Shown here: positions 1 to 9,526 of the stretch, one piece after another | How the letters are laid out: the number at the start of each line of letters is the position of its first letter | Position numbering within the stretch: position 1 is the stretch's first letter | Source: Vicinamibacterales bacterium | Lineage (GTDB): Bacteria; Acidobacteriota; Vicinamibacteria; Vicinamibacterales; JAMQPK01 | Direction: 5' to 3' | Assembly: GCA_963761975.1 (NCBI GenBank) | Contig: CAVXIR010000007.1 | Location: 1,359,906 to 1,423,905 of the forward strand | Length of the DNA stretch: 64,000 bases | Made by a program: the position numbers and the translations under genes | The notes under the pieces: generated by a model | Told to the model about the DNA's origin: nothing | The model's input: only the letters and a program-made list of their open reading frames with translations | Database searches by the model: none

Positions 1-634
1 TGATCACCTCTTTTTCGGAAGTCTTACCACTTGCGTAAAAATCCTCCAGAACAAAGTAGAACTGATAAAAGGCGGCGACGTACCGCAAATCATGAAAGTG
101 GTTCATTCCGTCATGCAGGAACGCCTTGGGAACGTCGAAGCCGGCGTACTTCGGCGCATTCTGGACGATTTCACCGAACGCTCGTCCCGTAATGCGCCAG
201 AGTCTCTCCCGATACCCTCGTTTGACGTTATATGCCGTGACCCCGATCCGCTCCTTCTCCTCGTCGGTTTCGGCAATGATTTCGATCACCATCTGTTCGC
301 AATTGAAGCGCCTCAGCGCCTGACCTCGCAGGGCAAAGCCAAGATTGCATTCCAGTTTCCGCAATTCCAGCACAATGCGCTCATACAATTCCCTGTCGCC
401 ACCGATGGTAATGGTGAGCTTAGAAACATCCTGACCTGGACCAAACGTGCTGCACAAGTTGGGGATTTTTTCAGGCGGAACCTTGGCCTGAATAGTCGCG
501 GATACTACACGTCCCGACTCGTCAGCGGTCAATGCGAAGGAGAGGTCGCTGGCTCCAGACGAATGGCCGCAACCCAACGCGCCGGGTTCGAGGAATAGCG
601 AACCCTCGACAGGGACGGTTATCCTATAGAGCAT
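1..634 (-). CDS. Hypothetical protein, 3'-partial (runs off the window); possibly HEPN/ApeA-like
   Basis: Not in the ORF track. Manual translation from ATG 634 is open to base 1: MLYRITVPVEGSLFLEPG...HFHDLRYVAAFYQFYFVLEDFYASGKTSEKEVI. It follows the ATPase gene on the same strand. Family call is inference. Confidence 0.6.
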   Translation of the reverse strand, partial: MLYRITVPVEGSLFLEPGALGCGHSSGASDLSFALTADESGRVVSATIQAKVPPEKIPNLCSTFGPGQDVSKLTITIGGDRELYERIVLELRKLECNLGFALRGQALRRFNCEQMVIEIIAETDEEKERIGVTAYNVKRGYRERLWRITGRAFGEIVQNAPKYAGFDVPKAFLHDGMNHFHDLRYVAAFYQFYFVLEDFYASGKTSEKEVI

Positions 635-686
635 CGGAAGGTTCGAAACGGGGCCGTCCACCACCTTTGAAGTGTTGGTTCCCCAT

Positions 687-3600
687 TCATTGCGAGCGTA
701 GCCGCTTCAAGGCGCCAGCAATCGTCTGCGTGATAATCCGCGTACGGACCGGAGCATCCGGCACATCTCGATACTTCACGCGCACCTTGTAGCCTCGCAC
801 GGTCTTGGCTGTTGGCGGCTCGACGCCGAGCTGTTCCAGGAATTCGAAGAGAGTCTCGGGCGTGAGAATCTCCACGCGTTCGGCATCGCCCGCCGTAATC
901 TGCGCAGCTACCGCGTCTTTGATTCTTCCCATTGTGCGCCGGTCAAGGACAATCGATACAACCTTGCCAAAACCGGCAGCGAGGCACTTTTGAACATTTG
1001 CCAACTCGTAGTCGGAGGTAGAAGCGACCGACACCTCGCACGCGACCGAGTGCTCGCCTCGTTCGAGTGCCACATCCACACTGCCGAGTCCGTCAAGGAT
1101 CGATTTCTCAATGACGGCGCGCCATCCGTTGGAGTCCGCCCAGCGCTTGATCAATTCTTGCAGATATTTGTGCTGCGGGCCACCACGTCCCAGCGACGGT
1201 GTCGGGATGTCAACGGCAGGCATTCCATCTGGTTTTCGCTTCTCAACAACTATGTCGCTGGGCTTCGGCCGCGGAGGCTCCCGCGTTGCTCGTGGTGTCG
1301 TATCGGCTACTGGCGTGGCAGACGGTGATGGAACGTCAACCTTTTCGGGTTCGACACTCTCTTGTCGCATGCCATATCGCTTGCGCGAGACAGCGACGGC
1401 CTTCTCACGCCGTTCGTGAGCAACCGTTACATCGATGGGCAAAAGCGGTTGTGTGGTAAGAGAGAAATCCCAATCAGCTCGATCGATTCTGCAGATTGCC
1501 TGGCCCAAACCAAGGTTTTGGAGATCGCGTGCCGTGAATGTCGAGAACCCGTCTTCGAGCTTCTTCGCATCGTCGTCGCCCACACGGAAACAAATTCGAG
1601 TTGCCGGATTCGCAAGCACTGCGCCGGCAACATCACGGTCTTGATTCAGAAGCTGTCGCAGCTCTTGGTGTGCCAGCACCAGCCCAATGCGGTACTTGCG
1701 CGCTCCAGTGAGGAGGGTGGCCATGGAGGGTGTCACGAAGTGCTGGAATTCGTCGAGGTAGACGTAGAACGGACGCCTTTCATGTTCACTGACGGACTGC
1801 CGGCCGAGTGCAAGCTGGTTAAACTTCGCAACGAAAAGCGTGCCGAGCAGAGCGGCGTTTTCCTCGCCGATCATGCCCTGGGCGAGCTTCACGAGCAGAA
1901 TCTTGCCTTCGTTCATGATCGAGGCGAAATCCAGCCGGTTCGCCGGCTGAGCCACCATTGCTCGAATGAGCTTAGGGCGAAGGAAGGTATCGAGACGGGT
2001 GAGAAGGGGCGCTTGGGGTTTGCCAGTAAGTAGCGGGTATTCCTTCTGCCAGTAGTACACCACCTCGCGATCCTGGACGCTCTGTAGGAAATCCCGTCGG
2101 AACTCCGCCTCCACCAAAAATCGCCGTAGATCTGCCAGCGTGCCGCCTCGGGTGCTTTCGAGGAACGCCAGAACGGCGTTCGACATGACCGAGGTCATTT
2201 GGTCACCCCAACTTGTCGAAAGCCGGCGGAAGACCGCGACCAGATCGGAGGAGAGTAGGGTCTTCTCGAGTTCCGAGTGCGCTGAGAGGATGTTAAAACC
2301 CACAGGGTATTCGGCATCAGCGGGGTCCACCAGGATCACGTCGTTCAAGCGCTTGTTCGGCACGTGAGCAAGCACCTGGTCGACCAAATCTCCGTGCGGG
2401 TCGAGCACGGCGATGCCTTGACCCTGTTCCATGTCCTGCGCGATGAGATGCAAAAGGAGTGTCGACTTGCCAGTGCCGGAAGCGCCGATGACGTGCGTGT
2501 GGCGTAGCCGGTGCTCGGTACTCAGCGTTACGTTGGGCGTTGTGCCCCCATACGTGTTCTCACCGATGACGACCGAGTGTCCGAAAGCAACGGCTGGGGC
2601 CGCCTTCGTTCGGCGTTGCTCCCGTTTTAGTCTCGGTGCACGAACTGCCGCCGATGGGAGGTGAACGAGCGAGACAAGTTCCTGGCTGTTCAAGAGAAAT
2701 CCGCTGCGATGTGTCTCTCGATTCAAGAGGTCTTCGAAGTGCACTTTATCTGGATATTCGTCGTTCGTCAGAGCGATTAGCTCGTTGCTTGACGGACTGC
2801 CGACCTGCGCGAGTGCGCTGCCCATTCGCTTCGCTATCTGCCACGCTTGAGTGCGTGTTCGACTTCTCGCAGCCACACGGGCCACCACGGCAAACAGTGG
2901 ACGCTCGACCTTCTCCTGTGCCATCCCAAGGAGCTCGGGAGCGTCTGCGAAAAACGCCCCGCCCTCCCAATCGCTCACGGACCGCATCACGCTGTCGGCC
3001 CAGGGGGCGCGTGTAGCTTCAAACAGGACCTGCACAACGGCGACATCGCCCGGCTCCAAATTCGAAAGCGCACCCATTACACCAATAAGCGGGTCGACAT
3101 CAAACCGCGAGAAGGTTTTCAGCGGCCGCATGAACTCCTGGGAGAGGCCGAAGTCCACGGCCGCAGGTGTGCCCGCGCCGGCATTCCATTGATCGGCCAG
3201 GAAGCCGGTCGATTCCACAATCACCGCATCGGGAAAGTATGCACGAAGCTGCTCCTGGACCTGCGGCGCATCTGCCTCTTGGCAGGCAACCTGGATCGTG
3301 ATTGCCTCAGACGTTCCGACAATCTCGAAGCTCACCGGGCATGCGCAGGAGGTGAGGTTGAGGAGAAAATGTTCCGCAACTTCGGGAAGGACTTTTGTCT
3401 CCGGAGAGAGCGCAACCTGGATCTCAACGAAGGGTCCTCGTTCCACAGCCGGTTCCAGCTCAGGTTCCTCTTCTTCGTCTGAATGGACAACCTGCGTGTC
3501 TGCGCTGTTTCGGCGGGTCAGTCTCTCGAGCCATGCGCTGAAGCGCGTCGGTTTTCTCGCGTCATCACATACAGGTCCGGCTGATAGAGGAGCGTGAAAA

Positions 3601-3749
3601 ATGAACGGTCGGAACGGCGGCTCAAGCTCAACAGGGTAGGGCCAAACCTGCCAACCCCGACCGCGCTCTTCCCATCTGTAAAAGGCTCCGGTCAACCGAG
3701 CGATCCGAGCAAATGCCACGGCGTCGGCAACGCCTTCTTGGGTGCTCAT
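687..3749 (-). CDS. VirD4/TraD-like (HerA/FtsK superfamily) ATPase with C-terminal PD-(D/E)XK-like domain
   Basis: Walker A GASGTGKS, DPHGD, Walker B YLDEFQ and ARKYR...AHQ; Pro-rich linker; then HKYLQ...E...VDV...CEVS nuclease-like motif. Confidence 0.85.
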   Translation of the reverse strand: MSTQEGVADAVAFARIARLTGAFYRWEERGRGWQVWPYPVELEPPFRPFIFHAPLSAGPVCDDARKPTRFSAWLERLTRRNSADTQVVHSDEEEEPELEPAVERGPFVEIQVALSPETKVLPEVAEHFLLNLTSCACPVSFEIVGTSEAITIQVACQEADAPQVQEQLRAYFPDAVIVESTGFLADQWNAGAGTPAAVDFGLSQEFMRPLKTFSRFDVDPLIGVMGALSNLEPGDVAVVQVLFEATRAPWADSVMRSVSDWEGGAFFADAPELLGMAQEKVERPLFAVVARVAARSRTRTQAWQIAKRMGSALAQVGSPSSNELIALTNDEYPDKVHFEDLLNRETHRSGFLLNSQELVSLVHLPSAAVRAPRLKREQRRTKAAPAVAFGHSVVIGENTYGGTTPNVTLSTEHRLRHTHVIGASGTGKSTLLLHLIAQDMEQGQGIAVLDPHGDLVDQVLAHVPNKRLNDVILVDPADAEYPVGFNILSAHSELEKTLLSSDLVAVFRRLSTSWGDQMTSVMSNAVLAFLESTRGGTLADLRRFLVEAEFRRDFLQSVQDREVVYYWQKEYPLLTGKPQAPLLTRLDTFLRPKLIRAMVAQPANRLDFASIMNEGKILLVKLAQGMIGEENAALLGTLFVAKFNQLALGRQSVSEHERRPFYVYLDEFQHFVTPSMATLLTGARKYRIGLVLAHQELRQLLNQDRDVAGAVLANPATRICFRVGDDDAKKLEDGFSTFTARDLQNLGLGQAICRIDRADWDFSLTTQPLLPIDVTVAHERREKAVAVSRKRYGMRQESVEPEKVDVPSPSATPVADTTPRATREPPRPKPSDIVVEKRKPDGMPAVDIPTPSLGRGGPQHKYLQELIKRWADSNGWRAVIEKSILDGLGSVDVALERGEHSVACEVSVASTSDYELANVQKCLAAGFGKVVSIVLDRRTMGRIKDAVAAQITAGDAERVEILTPETLFEFLEQLGVEPPTAKTVRGYKVRVKYRDVPDAPVRTRIITQTIAGALKRLRSQ

Positions 3750-4423
3750 TAGGCAACCTTGCGCTGGTAGAACTCGCGCATGATCGGCTTACGCTCAGAT
3801 TCGACCAGTGCTCGCAGCCCCTTGGCCGTCGTCATTTCGTCGATCACTTCGAGGACAGCATTGTGAACCGCTTTCTGGAACATGAGCATCGTGTCGATGC
3901 GGTAGTAGGTGGAGGGTTTGAAGAGTCTCTCATACAGCCAGCCGATCATTGGCAACCCCCGGACTAGATCGTCGTTGAGGTTACTCTCCGTGTTCATATT
4001 GTCGATGATCATAAGACCCACCAACACGACAATACTCAACGTCACGATTCCCAAGACAAGGCCGAGCTCGCTCAAGATCCAACCGACGGTTCCGAGAATG
4101 AGCAGTGCAACAAAAATCCTTGCCACCGGACTGAGCATCGGTTTCGCTTCTGCGAGCCACCACGACACGAAAAAACCGGTGCCGAACGGCGCTCCGCAGA
4201 TGTCGAAGACGAGTTTCTCGCGGACCACATGCAGGTACTCACGTTTCGCGGAAAGCAGGCCCGCTTCCTTGTAATCCACACGGTCATTCTTGGTTTCAGG
4301 AACCTGGCGCCTTTGCAGTGCCGTCTCGACTGACTGATAAAACTCGAGCGGGGAAGCCTGCAGATTCTCAATGAGCGTGGACCAATGGGAGATCACAATT
4401 TCCGGAGCAGCCTGAGCACTCAT
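3749..4423 (-). CDS. Membrane protein translationally coupled to the ATPase
   Basis: 224-aa ORF with a central two-helix hydrophobic segment; its stop overlaps the ATPase start. Confidence 0.75.
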   Translation of the reverse strand: MSAQAAPEIVISHWSTLIENLQASPLEFYQSVETALQRRQVPETKNDRVDYKEAGLLSAKREYLHVVREKLVFDICGAPFGTGFFVSWWLAEAKPMLSPVARIFVALLILGTVGWILSELGLVLGIVTLSIVVLVGLMIIDNMNTESNLNDDLVRGLPMIGWLYERLFKPSTYYRIDTMLMFQKAVHNAVLEVIDEMTTAKGLRALVESERKPIMREFYQRKVA

Positions 4424-4733
4424 GGGGCCTCCGTAACCATTGCTGTTGGCGAAAGAGTGGGCTTATTGGGGAATTGAGCGGCCATTGTGTGCGGCGCCGA
4501 GAAGTGCGGTCAAGGACTCAGACGGATGTCAGCGTCTGTCTGACACCCATCGACACACCTGAGGTGAGTCTGCCTCGACTGGGTGACGCGTTCCCTACTT
4601 TTCGGGCAGCGATCGCGACTGATCGGCTCGACTGAATTGCGGTTGAACGAGCAAAATAACTCTCGCTTCCCATTTTGTAATTCCCCAGATCTCCTTGGAT
4701 TGCTTGCAGTTTACGGCTACGAAAATTTTCCGC

Positions 4734-4768
4734 TTGACTAGGGGGGGGGGGGGGTACACGTATAGATT
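4734..4768 (+). promoter_or_regulatory. Sigma70-like promoter with a G14 tract in the spacer
   Basis: TTGACT (4734-4739), a, G x14 (4741-4754), tacacg, then TATAGA/TAGATT; lies upstream of a + strand gene string. Confidence 0.45.
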
Positions 4769-4938
4769 GAGGGCTTCTCTACTTCCCCAAGGAGCCCACA
4801 GTGCGTGCATGCGTCACCCGCAGCCTTCGTCGGCTGCCCGCCTCGTATCGCGTCGTTCGATTGGCCCATCCACATTTTCGGCAATCTGTTCACACACACG
4901 CCTGAAGACTAGCTGCCGACAACGAAGAGAGGACTAGC

Positions 4939-5250
4939 ATGAGAATTGCCCTATCGAGCCTTCTGTGCCTGATGTTGTCGGTCCCTGTCTATGCACAACA
5001 GAGCCAGGAACGTCACGACACAGAAGTCAAAGCAAACATCTTCTTCTGGAGCGGAATTACACTTGCCGCCACGGGCGCCACGACGATGATCACGGTTCCA
5101 AAATTCGGTGTGCCGCTCGCTGCTGGTGGCGGCGCCCTGATCTACTACGGCGTTCATCTGAGAAACAGAGCCAAGCAGATGCCGTTCACGGCGTTCGGGG
5201 TCGTGCCGCTCAAAAGAGGTGTGGCATTTGGTCTGTTGCGCTCGTGGTAA
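4939..5250 (+). CDS. Small secreted/membrane protein
   Basis: RBS gagga; signal peptide ending VYA-QQ; hydrophobic segments. Confidence 0.6.
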   Translation: MRIALSSLLCLMLSVPVYAQQSQERHDTEVKANIFFWSGITLAATGATTMITVPKFGVPLAAGGGALIYYGVHLRNRAKQMPFTAFGVVPLKRGVAFGLLRSW

Positions 5251-6003
5251 GGGTCCACGAAGACGAGGAATAGCCCACGATGCGGTCGAAGCTCTTGGTT
5301 TCAGTCTTTATTGTCATGGCGTATCTGGCTGGGCTCTTCACGAGTCACACCGTCATTCCAAGAGTGGATGCTCAACAGAAGCCAAGCCGCTTTGTGAATG
5401 TCGGGGCTGACGGACCTTTTCGGATTTGGAGGGACACGCGTACAGGACCAATGCTTCATCGTCACAACACCCTACTTCGCAATGCTCTCGGTAGGCCCGT
5501 GCTGAAATAGGTTCACGTTCCTCTCTCCGCGCCTTCCCGGTTCCAAGATCAGCACTGCAAGACACTCCCCGCGGAGAGTCTGGGCGTTGTCCACAGACAC
5601 TGGCGCGATGTGCCGCAGCGGCACGATGCGACACCTCCCAATCTTCTCCTTCACCAGGTAGTCTGAATACCAGATAGTTCCTTTCAAGTCCCTGATCTCC
5701 ATGCCGTCGCCAGACGAAATCACCTAAACAAGAACTCTCACCTAAACCGGCAAATCATCGGCGTTGCTGTCGTCCACCAAGCCATCGCGGCCGACGGTCA
5801 TTGCTACACCTTCAAGGAAGGAGGATGGTTCTGATGCGCTATGCGGTGATCGTCATTGTGGATTCCGATGACAGCCCCCAAGAAATCCTCGATGAGATCC
5901 TGTCCACGCTCGAGTTCGATCACCGGTCCACTGTCCAATCCGTCGTCGTGTTCAACGACGACGGCGAGGAACTCGCCGCCCATAACCACAAGGAGAAGAT
6001 GCC

Positions 6004-6306
6004 ATGACAGTCAAGATCACACCGAACGACAGAGGTAACCCTCCTGGAAAGCTAGCAGAGGTAGAACTTCATTTCGAGGACGGCTACCTGCAAGGCCTGA
6101 AGCTCGTCGGCTTCGCCATTTGGGAACGTCGAAGCGGTGCAGGCCGCAATGTCACGTTTCCGGCCAGGCAGTATAGCGTCAATGGCGAACGGCGAAGTTT
6201 TGCCCTTCTCCGGCCCATCGCTGATGCCCAGGCACAAGATAAGATCAGAGACCTGATCCTTCAGGCATACGCTGAGTTCGAGGAACAGGAAGCCATCGGA
6301 CAATAA
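6004..6306 (+). CDS. SpoVG-like nucleic-acid-binding protein
   Basis: GKLAEVELHF...LKLVGFAIWE...VTFPARQY...IRDLILQAY pattern resembles SpoVG-like proteins of mobile elements. Confidence 0.55.
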   Translation: MTVKITPNDRGNPPGKLAEVELHFEDGYLQGLKLVGFAIWERRSGAGRNVTFPARQYSVNGERRSFALLRPIADAQAQDKIRDLILQAYAEFEEQEAIGQ

Positions 6307-6541
6307 CCCTCCGCACGCGCCGGGTACGCAAACCCCATCAACCCGATTCGTTGCCCCATCAAATCAATACAACGAAGCTGACTGTGGTAACTGTGGAAAT
6401 CACCCTTCGATTGGTGCGTTTTCCAAGGGGCTTGTGGGCGCGTTCTGTGCGTCCACAGCTCCAGCAGGTTCCACAGCTGTCGTTCGGCTTCTCCAGCAGT
6501 TCTCCATCCAACAACCCAACCAGTCTTTTTGTGGAGGTAGC

Positions 6542-7429
6542 ATGGCAACAAGACATCCGGTGGATCTCAGTAGTCATCTCAACGCGAACGTCATCCGAGG
6601 AAATCCAGCGGACTTTTCTGTCACACTTCAGCCTGTCTTCCACGATGGCCAAGACGGCCGCAAATTGATTGCGGCCCGCCGAGCTATCGTTCGGGAGGAC
6701 ACCGGTCAGGCGATCGCGGTTGTTTCCGACCGATACACCCTGGTACCGCACACGAGGATCCTCGACATCATCGAGCAGGCCATTCAGCCACTTGATGTCG
6801 GGCCGGTGCCTCGCGGTATTTACGTGGACCACCAGGGCGCCAGGATGCGGGCCATCTTCAAGTTTCCCGCGCTCACCAGACCGGTCCTCGGGCAGGATGA
6901 AATCTGTCCTTGCCTTCAGGTCCGGAACACCTACGACGGCTCCGCTCGCATCGCCCTGCACATCGGAGCGTTTCGCTTCGTGTGCACCAATCTGGCAGTG
7001 GGAGGTGGTGGTGCTTTCGCCGGAGGCTTCGTCTCCATCCACGCCGGCGAAATCCCGATCGAGAAGATGGCAGACCAGCTCGCCGACTATCTCACGCGCT
7101 TCGACCAGATCGTCCGGTTATACGGGCAGTGGTCCGATGAGCGGCCTGAACGCGGCGCACTGGAGTCCATCCTCAGGGAATCCCTGAACGGGCGGTTCGG
7201 CGAGCTGCGTGACGAGGTGCTCAACGCAACGCCAACCACGGTGTTCGACGCATACAACCGACTCACGCGCTACGCCACCCACAACATGCGCAGCCCCAGA
7301 ACGGCGTTTGCCATGCTCGAGAGAGTGAACACTAGCTTCCAGAAGATGTTCCCGATCGTTGGTGGGGAGGTGATCGAAGTGTCGCAAAGCGTGGTCGATC
7401 AGCCGGTCACTCAACTCATCGAAACGTAG
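6542..7429 (+). CDS. DUF932 domain protein
   Basis: RBS ggaggt before ATG 6542; motifs VVSDRYTLVPH, RNTYDGS and GAFRFVCTNLA. Confidence 0.8.
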   Translation: MATRHPVDLSSHLNANVIRGNPADFSVTLQPVFHDGQDGRKLIAARRAIVREDTGQAIAVVSDRYTLVPHTRILDIIEQAIQPLDVGPVPRGIYVDHQGARMRAIFKFPALTRPVLGQDEICPCLQVRNTYDGSARIALHIGAFRFVCTNLAVGGGGAFAGGFVSIHAGEIPIEKMADQLADYLTRFDQIVRLYGQWSDERPERGALESILRESLNGRFGELRDEVLNATPTTVFDAYNRLTRYATHNMRSPRTAFAMLERVNTSFQKMFPIVGGEVIEVSQSVVDQPVTQLIET

Positions 7430-7458
7430 ATCCTTTCAAACCGGACACCCATGTCCGT

Positions 7459-7488
7459 CCGCCGAGTGCAATTGCACCGGCGGTTTTT
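7459..7488 (+). terminator. Intrinsic terminator after DUF932
   Basis: ccgccgagtgca-at-tgcaccggcgg followed by ttttt. Confidence 0.7.
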
Positions 7489-7632
7489 CTTATCCATAGT
7501 TGTTCCCGTTCCGCCACAATAATGGCCCGTTACGTCGGTATTCGTCCTACCATATTCGGTCCATCTCATGATATGAAGAGTTGTTTATCTTATTTATGTC
7601 GTCTCACTCATGTCGTTTGAGATGGAGGCCGG

Positions 7633-7911
7633 ATGCCAGTGGGTACGGGTGGACTGAACATCAACCAGTTGAAAGAACTGGCCAGAGACACTGCTGCACA
7701 AACCCTCAAGCGACTCAGGGCAGAAGTGATTGCGCTTGAAAGAACGTTTCCGGAACTCGCTCTTCCGAAACGTCGGCGAGCCCTACGGCGATCCTTAGGG
7801 AAGGCTCGCAAACAAACCAGGCAGATGTCAGCTGCTGCCCGAAAGGCTATTTCCTTGCGGATGAAAAAATATTGGGCTGAGCGCAAAATGGCGAATGCGA
7901 AGGTGCACTGA
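7633..7911 (+). CDS. Small basic, putative DNA-binding protein
   Basis: K/R-rich 92 aa ending MSAAARKAISLRMKKYWAERK; RBS ggagg. Confidence 0.6.
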   Translation: MPVGTGGLNINQLKELARDTAAQTLKRLRAEVIALERTFPELALPKRRRALRRSLGKARKQTRQMSAAARKAISLRMKKYWAERKMANAKVH

Positions 7912-8148
7912 GTCTTTGATCATGCAGAAACACCATCACGACTTGCCCCTGCTGACGCACGCTGTCGACCAGATCCTGAACCGGATCCGGCTTCTGGCGC
8001 GGGAGATGTGCCCTGAAGACCGTGAGAGACTTGAGGCTGTTGTCGAACGAGCCTTTCGGGATCTGTCAGAAATAGCAGCTGTTGAAACTAAGAGCGTGGA
8101 TCAGGAGGTTCACTAGCAGAGAAACTCTTAGTCACTGCTAGTGACGTG

Positions 8149-8176
8149 ACGTAACATAACGTCCTTTATGTTACGG
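8149..8176. other. dif-like Xer recombination site
   Basis: acgtaacataa-cgtcct-ttatgttacgg: 11-6-11 layout with the CATAA-N6-TTATGTTA core of dif sites. Confidence 0.55.
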
Positions 8177-8201
8177 CGTTATCGTCATGTTGTACAGACA
8201 C

Positions 8202-9509
8202 TTATCCACACGCACGGCGAGACTGACGGTAAGAACTCGCTCGGCCGCGACCGCTTGCCCAACCGAATGTCTTGTCAACTAGTCGGCATGGCATTACGGC
8301 TTTGACACAGTCCACGTTGTCGTGGCCGAGCCAGCACCGCATGATGGATGTGTTGAGCTCGTGACTAATTGTCGCCGTCCCTGACGCAGAAAACGCTGAA
8401 TCGAACGTTCCCATCAATGAAATAGTGGTTACTCCGCCGCCGAGGAAAAGAGACCTACTAAACGTGTTGCCATTAATGGCAATCCCCGGATCCACACTGC
8501 TAGTTCCATAGGCAAAGCTGCCCTCTAGGCGGCACAAGCCCGTCAGTAGGCTGAATCCGAGACTGAACTGTGTGATCCTCTGATTCGACACCTGAAAGCT
8601 GAAGGATTTACCCTGCGTGGTTGAGCCTGACCAGAACCCATCGTAGTTGACAGCCAGGACACTTCGAATATCAACGAGAATCTTGTTCCAGGTCACTTCT
8701 TCCGACAGGTAGGTCTGAAAAAAATGACAGTCAACATCGCTTGGAACATCTAAGCCGCAGTTCGGGTTGTGCAGTATAAGCGTTGAATCGGCGACCGGCA
8801 CATTCCAGCTTAGGTCACTTAACACTCTAATGAAGTCTCCGCGGAGATTCGTGTAGTGCAAGTTCGTGAGATCGCCAGCAATCTCATCTGCTGGAGTTGC
8901 AATTGCGACAAGACTTAACCGACTGGCACGTTCAGGCACGTCTTGAACAATGCGCTGATATTCAATGTTGGCAAAGAAATTCCCCTGTGAGTGGCCGACT
9001 AACACGACGCGCCGACCATCAACGAAGGCTGGTTCGTATAACGACAGGTGTATTCGTATGTCCGACTCCATCTGAGTCGTAGGCTGCCCATTAAATGCAA
9101 GAGCAGCTTCCTGAATCTCATTCCAAATGAATCGGCCTACAAGCCCGGCGAGCGCGCCGTACTTCGCCTCTGCGACTGCTTGAAGACCGTGGACGGTTAG
9201 CCAGAAAACGTCATCGCCGCCGGGAGGTAAGAGTTTTGCTTGAACCGCAGCCTCGTATAGGTCTTCCGCCCTTCCAACGGATGTGTTGTTAGCTGATAGG
9301 ACCGGTAGTGTACAACCAAGGGAGGTCTGTAACTTGTCTTTGAATGCTAGCCGGTCCGCCTCGGCGCTTGCGGGTGACACCCAAATGCCATTTATGACAA
9401 ACACGAAAGCGCGGGTCCCACTTTCAGAACAAGGCGCCGCTACCCCATCGAACGGGTTGAGTAGGAGAAAGAGTACGGCGACGAGAAGTCGACGGCACAC
9501 GTTCATCAT
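8202..9509 (-). CDS. Secreted alpha/beta-hydrolase-like protein
   Basis: Signal peptide; FVINGI motif; nucleophile elbow GHSQG; beta-rich C-terminal domain whose end is probably frameshifted. Confidence 0.7.
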   Translation of the reverse strand: MMNVCRRLLVAVLFLLLNPFDGVAAPCSESGTRAFVFVINGIWVSPASAEADRLAFKDKLQTSLGCTLPVLSANNTSVGRAEDLYEAAVQAKLLPPGGDDVFWLTVHGLQAVAEAKYGALAGLVGRFIWNEIQEAALAFNGQPTTQMESDIRIHLSLYEPAFVDGRRVVLVGHSQGNFFANIEYQRIVQDVPERASRLSLVAIATPADEIAGDLTNLHYTNLRGDFIRVLSDLSWNVPVADSTLILHNPNCGLDVPSDVDCHFFQTYLSEEVTWNKILVDIRSVLAVNYDGFWSGSTTQGKSFSFQVSNQRITQFSLGFSLLTGLCRLEGSFAYGTSSVDPGIAINGNTFSRSLFLGGGVTTISLMGTFDSAFSASGTATISHELNTSIMRCWLGHDNVDCVKAVMPCRLVDKTFGWASGRGRASSYRQSRRACG

Positions 9510-9526
9510 GATGGAGCCTAGCCTCG

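Noticed and set aside
92-598. 168-aa plus-strand ORF
   Set aside because: Shadow of the more protein-like minus-strand gene 634->1, which continues the ATPase operon.
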